Shown piece by piece: positions 19,349 through 29,038 of a stretch of 60,822 bases of DNA. The notes below the pieces were generated by a model. It had not been told where the DNA came from, did no database searches, and saw nothing but the letters and a program-made list of their open reading frames with translations. Source of the stretch: an uncultured Helicobacter sp. Lineage in GTDB: Bacteria > Campylobacterota > Campylobacteria > Campylobacterales > UBA6016. The position numbers and the translations under genes were made by a program. Positions within the stretch are counted from its first letter, which is position 1; each line of letters opens with the position of its first letter. The DNA lies in NCBI GenBank assembly GCA_964630205.1, contig CAZVTM010000009.1, positions 1 through 60,822 of the forward strand. Reading direction: 5' to 3'.

Positions 19349-19903
19349 TTATATCCTCTGTAGTTTTTTTAATGCTTCTTTGACGAGTCTGCCTGTATCG
19401 GTTCCGCTTAGACCCTGCATCGCTTTTGCAATTTCTTCTTTTTTAAATCCTAGAGACTCCAAAGCCATTGCGGCCTCACTTGCGGCGCTATTTTTTGGAG
19501 CGGCGTCGTCAACACTAAAGCCGCCAAGCTCTACAAGTATCCGACCGGCAGTTTTTGGACCTATGCCCACCACCCTTTTTAAATTGGTTACGTCACCCCT
19601 TGAGATGATGTCGGAAAAAGTTGTCGGGGAATACGTCGAACATATCGCCATCGCCGCTTTTGGGCCTACGCCGCTTATCTTGATGAGATTGTCAAACATT
19701 TTTTTTTCGTTTTTATCCAAAAAACCGTACAGCAGATTCGCATCTTCCCTGATGATTTGCGCTATAAAAAGCTCGGCAACATCGCCGCTTATATCGTTGT
19801 AGCAGTTGAGGGATATATTGACTTCATATGTTATGCCGCCTGTTTTTAGCCAAAGGAGCATAGGCTCTTTGCGGGTTATCTTACCCTCAAGCATCGCTAT
19901 CAT
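19349..19903 (-). CDS. ruvA: Holliday junction branch migration protein RuvA
   Basis: IRED..LLYGF, ISGVGPKAA, GIGPKTA HhH motifs; ALESLGF domain III. Confidence 0.95.
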   Translation of the reverse strand: MIAMLEGKITRKEPMLLWLKTGGITYEVNISLNCYNDISGDVAELFIAQIIREDANLLYGFLDKNEKKMFDNLIKISGVGPKAAMAICSTYSPTTFSDIISRGDVTNLKRVVGIGPKTAGRILVELGGFSVDDAAPKNSAASEAAMALESLGFKKEEIAKAMQGLSGTDTGRLVKEALKKLQRI

Positions 19904-19955
19904 TCGCACATCCCAATTTTTGCCGCTAATTTTAACAAATAACGGCTGGAATTAG

Positions 19956-21764
19956 CTATAGAGTAAATACCTCGTAGTCCACATCTGAAATTTTTCGGAG
20001 TATTATCTCTTTGATGTCTGAGCCTTCCATTACTTTGTAACTAAACTCTCTAGGCGGAAAAATAAGTTTGAAAGACACCGTATTATATCCTTGCCACGGG
20101 GATAGCGCCAACACTTTGGCATCCAATACCTTGTACCGCAAAAGATCGGCCTCTTGCAGTAGCGTTTTGAGCTCCTGCCTCTCTTCCGTCAGCTTAGCCT
20201 CCTCTTTTTTCAGCTTATCCACATTTTCGCCAAAATGTTTTAGCTTTGCCAATAGGACGTTTGCGAGCGGGGAGTTCTTTTTTCTCTCCTCTTCTATTTT
20301 GGCCTTTATCTCTTCAACTGTTTTGCTCTGTGCAACGGCCGCCTCTTTTTCACGTCCGACGAATTCACTTCTCTCCTCTACGCTTTTTTGCAAATTAGAT
20401 ATTTTCGCCTCAAGTTCGTTTAGCGCTTTCATATCCGAAGCGTTTGCGGCGGCTTCTATCGAAAGCCTATTTTCCCCCCCTTGTGGGGTTGTTATCTCTA
20501 TAAGCCTTGTGGCGTTAACTACGTTATTTGAGCCGAGAGTTTTTATGTGACACTCGTCGGCCTTGATTTTTGCCCCTATGGCCACCCCTATAGTCACTTT
20601 TTTGGCTACGACTTCGCCGCCCTCCAAAGTGTCTATCTCGATATCATCACCCTCTATATAGCCTTTGTGATTTTTTATATGAGCCTTTGCGGCCGTAATC
20701 TTAGAGGTTTTGTGGGTCTGTCCGCCTATGGAGACCTCTTTTGCAACTATTGTTGCATTAGCGCCGACACTTCCTTGTACGTTGACGACTGCCGCCCTTA
20801 CGGACATGTTGTCGCCTATCGCTTCCGAATCCGGATTATCGTCCGTTATGTCAAGCTTTGAATCAGAGTCCATTCCTGCATCTATCGAGCCCGTTCTGAG
20901 GCTGACCTCTTGTAGGGCCATCTCCTCTTTGACATCGATTTCACCATTCCCAAAAATAACAAACCCTGTTTTTTTGGCTCTAAATACAGTCTCATTTTCG
21001 CTGTCGATAACCTCTATCCCCTCGCCGACCTTGAAATCTACCTGTTTGGTGGTTTTTGGCTCGGACGGCTCCAGCAATCTGCCTTTGGCATCCCTCGAGA
21101 GAGTTCCCATTCTGGCTTTTTGGTAAACAACCAAATCACTTCCTGTTTTTGTAGCAAAAACGCCGGATTTTGCCTCTTCTGCAGAGTGCTTTTGAAATAC
21201 AAGTTCAAGGCTATCATCTCTCGAAGGAACAAAGTCCGGACCATGGAAAAGCTCTATTTTGTATTCTCTTGCGATTTTGCCGTCTTTTCTGACTTGTGCG
21301 CAAAATGCGGCAATATCCCGTTTCATCCCCTCGTCATAGACGCCGATAAGAAGCCCCATCTTAAGCTTGCGCTTATTCATCTCGACTTCTAGTCTCAGCT
21401 CCATATCATCGGTAATTGGCAATTTGGACGCCGGCTTTATGAAAGCTACTACGGACGTGAGATTTTTATTGCCGGCAAACCTGAGACTCAAAACTACGGG
21501 GTCCTCCTGGTTGGCAAAATGCAAAAATATCTCATATGTCTGTCTAATAGATATTTTATCATCGAGCCAAACGGTTGGGTCTATCGGAAGCGAAACGACT
21601 TTCGGTTTCTCATCTTCGGTCGTAGAAAAAACCTCCGTCTTGACACCCAAAAAATCAAAATCTATTTTCTGCGGAGCTATATTTTTTTCTCGACAAAACC
21701 GCTCAATCGTCTGTGAGACGGAAGATGTAGTAAGTCGTACCCCTTTTTGCTTCGAAGCTTCCAC
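19956..21764 (-). CDS. FapA / DUF342 family protein (paralog 2)
   Basis: TGSI, GQTHKTSKI, HKGYIE beta-helix-like repeats and coiled coil; clearly homologous to the adjacent ORF. Confidence 0.75.
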   Translation of the reverse strand: MEASKQKGVRLTTSSVSQTIERFCREKNIAPQKIDFDFLGVKTEVFSTTEDEKPKVVSLPIDPTVWLDDKISIRQTYEIFLHFANQEDPVVLSLRFAGNKNLTSVVAFIKPASKLPITDDMELRLEVEMNKRKLKMGLLIGVYDEGMKRDIAAFCAQVRKDGKIAREYKIELFHGPDFVPSRDDSLELVFQKHSAEEAKSGVFATKTGSDLVVYQKARMGTLSRDAKGRLLEPSEPKTTKQVDFKVGEGIEVIDSENETVFRAKKTGFVIFGNGEIDVKEEMALQEVSLRTGSIDAGMDSDSKLDITDDNPDSEAIGDNMSVRAAVVNVQGSVGANATIVAKEVSIGGQTHKTSKITAAKAHIKNHKGYIEGDDIEIDTLEGGEVVAKKVTIGVAIGAKIKADECHIKTLGSNNVVNATRLIEITTPQGGENRLSIEAAANASDMKALNELEAKISNLQKSVEERSEFVGREKEAAVAQSKTVEEIKAKIEEERKKNSPLANVLLAKLKHFGENVDKLKKEEAKLTEERQELKTLLQEADLLRYKVLDAKVLALSPWQGYNTVSFKLIFPPREFSYKVMEGSDIKEIILRKISDVDYEVFTL

Positions 21765-21774
21765 TAGGCCTCCT

Positions 21775-23631
21775 TTAATTCGTCTCCCCTACACTATACT
21801 CCGTATCGCTTATCTTAAAAAGCCCTATCGCTTTCAATTTCGAGCCCTCTCTAGGGTTGTATTTACACTCGTGTTTGCCGCCGTTTGCCCTAAATACCAC
21901 GCTTTGGTAATTTTTCCAAACTCCATGATTGACCAGTCTAGCATCTAGTAACTTATCTTCAAACGTGGCAACTTCGTGACTAATATCGTCCAAGGCGGAT
22001 TTTATTTCATCGAAATCAGCTTTTAGTGTTTTTGCCTTTGCCAACATCTGCGTAAATTGTCTATATTTTACTACAAAAGCCTCTTTCGGTGCAAACCCCT
22101 TCTTGATGTCTTCATCTATCATTTGTTTAATTCTAAGGGCGCTCGGCTTGTTGTCTTCGACAAGTTTTATCATTTTTTTGAAACTATCATATTTTTCGGC
22201 ATACTCTTTTTCAAGCTCTGCCTTATTTGCTACCGCCTTTTCAAACAGTATTTTTTCGTTTGGAGTAGCTCCGACCTCAAAGAAAAATTTATTGTCCGTA
22301 CCCAAAATGCTAGTTATATCTATGAGAGAGGATGCCGTAAATTCACAATTTGAACCGAGGTTTGTGATATATATTTTTTTTGCCCTTACTTTGCCGCTGC
22401 TCGCATGACCTATATGAACAACGTCCGCTACTATCTCGCCCCTCTCAAGCCTCTCTATCCTAGCTTCTCTGGCCTCCAAATAACCCCTATGCGTAGCAAT
22501 CGTAGCATCCTTCGCAAAAACTTTACTTGTGGCGTGGGTAAGTCCTTGTATCTGGGCTTTATCCGCATAAACTTTGGAATTATCCCCCATACTTCCGCGT
22601 ACAATCACCTCCGTAGCCCTAGCCGTCATATTAGAGCCTATGGCATCTACGACAGGGTTTGACTCTGCTATATCAAGGGTAATGTCTTTATCTTCATCGA
22701 CAACGATAGAGCCGGTCTGCCTGAAGCTAATCTCTTTTACCTTTAGCTCCTCTTGTATATCAAGGAGCTTGCCGTCATATACGACAAACCCTTTTTTTGT
22801 CGACAGATACCTGACTATGGAGGCTGTTTCTTCTATTTTTATATTGGAAGACGACGCAAATTGCGGTTCGTTTTCATTTTTCGGCTCTTTTACCGCAATA
22901 AAATGGCCTCGTACATCTCTGCCGCTTTTGCCTATTTTCGGTTTTTTGTACTCTATTAGTATTTCACCGTCATCCACATCCACGATAAATCCGCGATTGT
23001 AAAAATCTGGATTTTCTTCATTTATCTTTCTTTTCTCTTCAAAATAAAATACTATTTTGTCGTCTTCGCTTGGGATAAAATCTGTAGTTTCGGCTACTAC
23101 AAATTTATAGTCTTCGTCAAATTTGGCACCGTTTTTTATTTTTTGGACAAACTCGTCAATCTGCTTTTTTAAATCATTTTCAAAAAGCACGACCAATATT
23201 TTGTGCCTAACAAGCCTCTTGCACAACTCTTCATATAAATATTGATCCAAAAACGGATAGTAAATTATTTTGGACTCTTTTTTTAATGTTGCTATGACTT
23301 TTGTAAAAATTTTATCGGCCGATAGTGTTATATCAAGTTTTACCGGCTGTTCCTCTTTGGGTCTTATCCGTATTGTAAGTTTTTGGTAAAGCTTTATGTC
23401 TGGATCGGCAAAAAGCTCATGATGAACGTGCTCTCCCGCAGAAGTATCAAACATAGCCAAGCTTTTGTTGACTTGATTGTATGCGATTGTATTTATGGAA
23501 AGGATTTTGAAATCTATATTTTTAAGGTCGATATTCTGCTCTTTTGCAAAATCTGCAAGAGCCTTACCTACGTCTTCGGTCTCAACGTCAAAAGGCTCAA
23601 AATTTTGTATGCCACTTATATCGTCGACCAA
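21775..23631 (-). CDS. FapA / DUF342 family protein (paralog 1)
   Basis: YKKPKIGKSGRDVRG, TGSI, GLTHATSKV, HRGYLE motifs; sits between murJ and ruvA as in other Campylobacterota. Confidence 0.8.
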   Translation of the reverse strand: MVDDISGIQNFEPFDVETEDVGKALADFAKEQNIDLKNIDFKILSINTIAYNQVNKSLAMFDTSAGEHVHHELFADPDIKLYQKLTIRIRPKEEQPVKLDITLSADKIFTKVIATLKKESKIIYYPFLDQYLYEELCKRLVRHKILVVLFENDLKKQIDEFVQKIKNGAKFDEDYKFVVAETTDFIPSEDDKIVFYFEEKRKINEENPDFYNRGFIVDVDDGEILIEYKKPKIGKSGRDVRGHFIAVKEPKNENEPQFASSSNIKIEETASIVRYLSTKKGFVVYDGKLLDIQEELKVKEISFRQTGSIVVDEDKDITLDIAESNPVVDAIGSNMTARATEVIVRGSMGDNSKVYADKAQIQGLTHATSKVFAKDATIATHRGYLEAREARIERLERGEIVADVVHIGHASSGKVRAKKIYITNLGSNCEFTASSLIDITSILGTDNKFFFEVGATPNEKILFEKAVANKAELEKEYAEKYDSFKKMIKLVEDNKPSALRIKQMIDEDIKKGFAPKEAFVVKYRQFTQMLAKAKTLKADFDEIKSALDDISHEVATFEDKLLDARLVNHGVWKNYQSVVFRANGGKHECKYNPREGSKLKAIGLFKISDTEYSVGETN

Positions 23632-23748
23632 CTTGTCACCTCATAAATAAATTATTTAACAATAAGGATTCTAATGTATTTAGTATAAATTGTTTTTGTG
23701 ACTACCTATTACATATCCGCTTTAACACCATTTCGGTAAAATTGCAAA

Positions 23749-25161
23749 ATGTTTAAATCAATATTTACAAATTCTGCAGGCATACTAACATCAAGAGTTT
23801 TGGGTTTCGTACGAGATATGTTGACCGCAAGCGTACTCGGCGCAGGGGTATTTAGCGATATATTTTTTATAGCTTTCAAACTTCCAAATCTTTTTCGAAA
23901 TATTTTTGCGGAAGGGGCTTTTAGCCAGTCATTTATTCCATCATTTGCCGCATCTGCGCACAAGCCGCTATTTAGTGTAGTTATTTTTGTCAGGCTAATG
24001 AGCGTTATCGTTTTAATGTCTCTTCTGGTGACCGTTTTTCAGGGTGCATTTACCGCACTTACGGCTTTTGGCTACTCTGATGAAATCAAAAAAATAGCCG
24101 CTCCGATAGTCGCCATAAACTTTTATTATTTAGATCTTATTTTTATAGTCACCTTCCTCGGCGCACTCCTCCAATACCGTAAACACTTTGCCACGACGGC
24201 TTTTTCTACCGCACTTTTAAACGTAGCGATGATAACTGCGCTTTTTATAGCAAAAGATATGGACAAGCTAAGCGCCGTGTACGCCCTAAGCTGGGGGGTA
24301 TTAGCCGGCGGAGCTTTGCAGGTTGCAGTACACATATACGCCGCTAAAAATAAAGGGGCATTAAGACTTTTAAAAATAGGATTTATAAAGTTTTTTAGGG
24401 GCGACAGAAGCGCTACGGACGACGCAAAGAGATTTAATCGCAGCTTTTTGCCCTCCATTGCCGGTAGCTCCACAGCGCAAATAGCCGCTTTTGTGGACGT
24501 ATGGCTGGCTACATTTTTGGCAACTGGGGCCATTAGCTACTTATACTATGCGAATCGTATTTTTCAGCTCCCTCTAGCCGTATTTGCCATCGCAACATCA
24601 ATGGCGCTATTTCCGGCCGTCGCAAAAGCACTCAACAGAGGCGAAGAGGAGACGGCTCTGGCGCAGCTAAAAAAAGCGTTTTGGTTTTTATCGTTCTTAC
24701 TTTTTGGCTTCACGGTGGGTGGTATCATCCTCTCAAACGAAGTCATTTGGCTCATTTACGAACACGGCAACTTCGCAAGGAGCGACACCACAAACACAGC
24801 GGTGGTGATGGCGATGTATATGATAGGACTTGTGCCATTCGGACTGTCTCGCCTATTCTCACTCTGGCTTTACTCCAAACATCAGCAGTTAAAAGCCGCT
24901 AAAATATCGGCAATATCTTTGGCGTGCAACGCCGTGCTTAGTATTGTACTGATGCAGTTTTTTGGGGCGGCGGGCATTGCGCTTTCAGGCTCACTAACGG
25001 GTCTTATACTATTTAGTCTAACGCTTCGTTCGTTTGGTTTTGAAAGATTTAAGAGCTTTTTTAACGCCAAATATGCCACTTTACTGGTGTTGTTTTTGGC
25101 GATTGAAGTAGCCGTGCTTTTATTTTTGAGGGAGATTTTTGGTGCGTATATTCGATTCTAA
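23749..25161 (+). CDS. murJ: Lipid II flippase MurJ
   Basis: SRVLGFVRD, PNLFRNIFAEGAF, LYYANRIFQLP motifs; polytopic membrane protein. Confidence 0.95.
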   Translation: MFKSIFTNSAGILTSRVLGFVRDMLTASVLGAGVFSDIFFIAFKLPNLFRNIFAEGAFSQSFIPSFAASAHKPLFSVVIFVRLMSVIVLMSLLVTVFQGAFTALTAFGYSDEIKKIAAPIVAINFYYLDLIFIVTFLGALLQYRKHFATTAFSTALLNVAMITALFIAKDMDKLSAVYALSWGVLAGGALQVAVHIYAAKNKGALRLLKIGFIKFFRGDRSATDDAKRFNRSFLPSIAGSSTAQIAAFVDVWLATFLATGAISYLYYANRIFQLPLAVFAIATSMALFPAVAKALNRGEEETALAQLKKAFWFLSFLLFGFTVGGIILSNEVIWLIYEHGNFARSDTTNTAVVMAMYMIGLVPFGLSRLFSLWLYSKHQQLKAAKISAISLACNAVLSIVLMQFFGAAGIALSGSLTGLILFSLTLRSFGFERFKSFFNAKYATLLVLFLAIEVAVLLFLREIFGAYIRF

Positions 25162-26521
25162 GACAAAAGAAAAAGTAGAGATAACGGAGGGCGACATCAG
25201 GCTATATGTCTGCGGTCCTACCGTATATGACGATGCACATCTGGGGCATGCTAGAAGTGCGGTAGCCTTCGACCTGCTAGTGCGGACGCTAAGAGCACTC
25301 GGCAAAAAAGTCACCTTCGCCCGCAACATCACCGACATCGACGACAAAATCCTCAAAAAAATGAATGATACAGGTAAAAGCCTAGAAGAGATAACGACAA
25401 GATACCTAGAGAGCTACCGCACCGAGATGCGCGCCCTTGGATGTGTCTCGCCCGACATTGAGCCAAAGGCCACGGAGTCGGTAGGCGATATGGTAGAGCT
25501 GATACAAACACTCATGGACAAAGGGTTTGCGTATGCCACACCTAGCGGGGATGTCTACTTTGACGCCGCAAAAGACGATAAATACCTGAGCCTCTCAGGG
25601 CATACGCTAGAGGAGACGGTGAGCCGCATAGAGGCGAGCGAAAAAAGAAACGACAAAGACTTTGTCCTCTGGAAAAGCGCAAAGAAAAGCGAAGCGGTAA
25701 GCTTCGATTCTCCTTTTGGGCGTGGCAGACCCGGGTGGCACATAGAGTGCTCGGCGATGATAAAAAGACATTTGGCAAAAGAGGGGGCATATCAGATAGA
25801 CATTCACGGTGGCGGAAGTGACCTGCTCTTTCCCCACCACGAGAACGAAGCGGCGCAAACTAGATGTGCTTATGCTCAAGAACTCTCAAAAATTTGGATG
25901 CACAACGGCTTTGTGACTATCGGAGGGGAGAAGATGAGCAAAAGCCTCGGCAATAGCTTTTTCCTCAGAGACGCACTTGGACAGTATGACGGCGAAATTA
26001 TCAGATTTTATCTGCTAACTACGCATTACAGGGCAAATTTTAACTTCTCGTTAGAAGATTTGGAAGCGTCCAAAAAAAGGCTCGACAAGCTCTATCGCCT
26101 CAAAAAAAGGGTGGACGGCACTGAAGCCACTATGGATAACGAGTTTAGAGTGGAGTTTTTGAGCTCTCTTGAAGACGACCTGAATATCTCAAAAGCACTT
26201 GCGTGCCTAGATGAGAGGATACAAGCGGCAAATGAGGCGATAGATAAAAACCCAAAAAACAAAGAAGCAAAGGCAAAAGCGGCGTATGCCGTGTCGCTCA
26301 CTTTTGAAACGCTTGGCGTGGGTGGCAAAAACGCTACGGAATATTTCCAACTAGGTGTAGATGAGGCCGAAAAAGCAGAGATAGAAGAGCTGATAAACAA
26401 AAGAGCTGAAGCCAAAAAAGCAAAAGACTTCGGGGTGGCGGATGCTATCAGAGATGCGCTCAAAGCGAAAGGGGTGGAGCTGATGGACACTGCTAGCGGC
26501 ACACTCTGGGAGAAGGGATAA
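25142..26521 (+). CDS. cysS: Cysteine--tRNA ligase
   Basis: YVCGPTVY, HLGH, PGWHIECSAM, KMSKS motifs; GTG 25142 has a GGAG RBS. Confidence 0.97.
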   Translation: MRIFDSKTKEKVEITEGDIRLYVCGPTVYDDAHLGHARSAVAFDLLVRTLRALGKKVTFARNITDIDDKILKKMNDTGKSLEEITTRYLESYRTEMRALGCVSPDIEPKATESVGDMVELIQTLMDKGFAYATPSGDVYFDAAKDDKYLSLSGHTLEETVSRIEASEKRNDKDFVLWKSAKKSEAVSFDSPFGRGRPGWHIECSAMIKRHLAKEGAYQIDIHGGGSDLLFPHHENEAAQTRCAYAQELSKIWMHNGFVTIGGEKMSKSLGNSFFLRDALGQYDGEIIRFYLLTTHYRANFNFSLEDLEASKKRLDKLYRLKKRVDGTEATMDNEFRVEFLSSLEDDLNISKALACLDERIQAANEAIDKNPKNKEAKAKAAYAVSLTFETLGVGGKNATEYFQLGVDEAEKAEIEELINKRAEAKKAKDFGVADAIRDALKAKGVELMDTASGTLWEKG

Positions 26522-28234
26522 ATGTTTGAGTTTTTGAAATCATATTCGCATTTTTACAAAGACTATAAAAAAGAGTTTGCGGTTGTTATTATAGGGCTCA
26601 CAATCACCTCACTTGCGACGGCTGCAACAGCATACCTAATAAAACCCCTCCTAGATGAGATATTTATAAAAAAAGATGCCGCAATGTTATCAATATTGCC
26701 GCTTGCGGTAGTGGCGGTATATTTTGCCAAAAGCGCTGGGGCTTTTTTGGAAGCATACTTTATATCTTTTATAGGCAAGGATATAGTAAGACGTGTGCGA
26801 GACGGTCTTTTGGCAAGTATTATGGAGGCGGATATATCGTTTTTTGTCCGTGCCAGGGGTGGAGAGCTTATCAGCCGTCTAACAAACGACATCGGGCGGA
26901 TACAATCGGCGGTATCAAGCTATCTTGCCTCAATAATCAAAGAGAGTCTGACGGCGATAGGACTAGTAGGGATGGTAATCTATCAAAGTCCAAAGCTTGC
27001 TTTTATAGGACTTGTCGTTCTGCCCATCGCTTTTTACCCATTGACGCTGCTAGCAAATCGAATGCGAAAGCTCTCAAAAAAATCGCAAGAGATAAACTCT
27101 GATATCACGGCACATCTAAGTGAAATATTTAATAATATAGAGATGATAAAAGCAAATTGCACAGAAAATTTCGAAGGGAAAAGATTTCAAAATCACACCT
27201 CAAACTCTCTTAAAATAGATATGAAAAGCGTCAAAACGGCCGAAGCCGTCAATCCTCTAATGGAAACGCTCGGCGCCGTAGCGGCGGCAGCCGTAATATA
27301 CATCGGTGGACTAGAGGTGCTAGAAGGCAAACTTAGCGTCGGTGAGTTTTTCTCATTTTTAACGGCTCTGTTTTTGCTGTACACTCCAATCAGACAATTA
27401 TCGAGCGTCTTCAATAAATTCCAGGACGCCATAGCCGCCAACAAAAGAATAAGAGAACTTTTTGACATCAAACCGACAATTAAAGGTGGTGAAAAAAAAC
27501 TCGATTTTAGCCCGACGACGATAGAGCTAAAAAACGCAAAACTATCATACGAAGACAAAGAGGCGCTAAAGGGGGTCTCTATCGTATTTAAAAAAGGGGA
27601 GATCACTGCTTTGGTCGGACAAAGCGGAGGTGGCAAAAGCTCTCTTGTATCGCTACTTCTAAGGTTTTATGATGCCACAAGCGGTGAAATCTACATAGAC
27701 GGATACGATATAAAAGAGTTTACCCTTGATTCACTCAGATCACAAGTCGCCATGGTAAGCCAGCGGGTATACATAATGAATGATACGGTAGCGGCAAACA
27801 TAGCATACGGAGAGGAAATAGACGAAGAGCGCGTAAATGAAGCGTTAAAGGCTGCCCATGCGTACGCTTTTGTAAAACATCTCCCACAGGGAATGCACAC
27901 GGTACTAGAGGAGTTTGGAGCAAATCTATCGGGCGGACAAAGACAGAGAATAGCTATAGCCAGAGCCCTATACAAAAATCCGTCGATTCTCATTATGGAT
28001 GAGGCGACGAGCGCTCTTGATAACGAAAGTGAAGCCGAAGTTATGAAGGCAACGGCGGAAATCGCAAAAGAGCGGATAGTGATACTTGTCGCACACAGGC
28101 TAAGTACAGTGAAAGCCGCATCCAAAATCGCCCTTTTCAAAGATGGGCAGATAGTGTGTCAAGGTAGCGAAGAAGAGCTGCTGGAGTCGTGCGAAGAGTA
28201 CCGCAAGTTATACGGAAAAGAGGAGTCCTATTGA
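26522..28234 (+). CDS. msbA: MsbA-type lipid A ABC exporter
   Basis: N-terminal TMD plus GQSGGGKS, LSGGQRQR and DEATSALD motifs; follows cysS. Confidence 0.8.
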   Translation: MFEFLKSYSHFYKDYKKEFAVVIIGLTITSLATAATAYLIKPLLDEIFIKKDAAMLSILPLAVVAVYFAKSAGAFLEAYFISFIGKDIVRRVRDGLLASIMEADISFFVRARGGELISRLTNDIGRIQSAVSSYLASIIKESLTAIGLVGMVIYQSPKLAFIGLVVLPIAFYPLTLLANRMRKLSKKSQEINSDITAHLSEIFNNIEMIKANCTENFEGKRFQNHTSNSLKIDMKSVKTAEAVNPLMETLGAVAAAAVIYIGGLEVLEGKLSVGEFFSFLTALFLLYTPIRQLSSVFNKFQDAIAANKRIRELFDIKPTIKGGEKKLDFSPTTIELKNAKLSYEDKEALKGVSIVFKKGEITALVGQSGGGKSSLVSLLLRFYDATSGEIYIDGYDIKEFTLDSLRSQVAMVSQRVYIMNDTVAANIAYGEEIDEERVNEALKAAHAYAFVKHLPQGMHTVLEEFGANLSGGQRQRIAIARALYKNPSILIMDEATSALDNESEAEVMKATAEIAKERIVILVAHRLSTVKAASKIALFKDGQIVCQGSEEELLESCEEYRKLYGKEESY

Positions 28235-28899
28235 AAAAGCCGATAAACATAAATAGCTTCTGGGGGTATCTGTACGCGCAAGCTTATGCCATGATAGTGG
28301 AGCACAACTTTACGAATATCTTCCGTCGCAATTTTCACCGCATAGACGAGCACGCATTCCGCTCCAGTCAACCGACAACATATCAGCTAAGACGAATTAT
28401 CAAAAAGCACGGCATCAAAACTGTGCTAAACCTAAGAGGATATGAGAAAAACTCTCCGCTTCGTGCGCTTGAGGAGAAGGTGTGTAGAGATATGGATGTG
28501 AAACTTGTATACGTAAACGCCTATTCACGCAAAATTCCAGACGAGAAGATGCTAAGAGAGTTCAAGGAAATCTACAAAAACATCGAATATCCCGTGTTAA
28601 TCCACTGTAAAGCGGGGGCGGACAGGGCCGGAATAGGGAGTATGCTTTACCTTCACTACCACAAAGGTGTGCCGCTAGAACATACAAACCAGCTAAAATT
28701 TTGGCCTTACGGTCATATCAAGTACGCTCGCACGGGACTTGTCGATATGTTTGTGGAGCTTTACACAAAGAGAGGCGCAGATGCTCCACACGACCTTGCC
28801 GACTTCGCCGCCTCGCTTGACAGAGAGAAGTTAGAGAGAGAGTACAAGCCGATACCGTTTTTTGAGAAGATAGTAGACAAAGTGCTAAGAAGAGAGTAA
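28231..28899 (+). CDS. Cys-based protein-tyrosine/dual-specificity phosphatase-family protein (CtpA-like)
   Basis: RSSQP, GIKTVLNLRG and HCKAGADRAG (CX5R) motifs; TTG 28231 overlaps the msbA TGA and has an AGGAG RBS. Confidence 0.85.
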   Translation: MKKPININSFWGYLYAQAYAMIVEHNFTNIFRRNFHRIDEHAFRSSQPTTYQLRRIIKKHGIKTVLNLRGYEKNSPLRALEEKVCRDMDVKLVYVNAYSRKIPDEKMLREFKEIYKNIEYPVLIHCKAGADRAGIGSMLYLHYHKGVPLEHTNQLKFWPYGHIKYARTGLVDMFVELYTKRGADAPHDLADFAASLDREKLEREYKPIPFFEKIVDKVLRRE

Positions 28900-28997
28900 T
28901 TACTCTCCTCCAATAGATAGTCTTTTAGCTTCTACCTCACAAGGAAGTTTTTTTGGACCTACAGGTATATGAGGTCAAGTTTATTTTGTGGAATTTT

Positions 28998-29017
28998 GCC
29001 CCGCCGAGTTGCGGGGC
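28998..29017. terminator. GC-rich hairpin between convergent phosphatase and dnaK genes
   Basis: GCCCCGC-CGAGTT-GCGGGGC 7-bp stem; U-tract is poor on both strands. Confidence 0.5.
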
Positions 29018-29038
29018 CTTATGGAGTTAGGAGTTCTT

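Noticed and set aside
20474-20480. C7 homopolymer as a phase-variation tract in the fapA paralog
   Set aside because: Shorter than typical Campylobacterota contingency tracts, in frame, and explained by Gly-Gly codons
28892-28907. 16-bp perfect palindrome GAGAGTAATTACTCTC at the phosphatase stop
   Set aside because: Single occurrence with no associated element or U-tract; no function can be assigned
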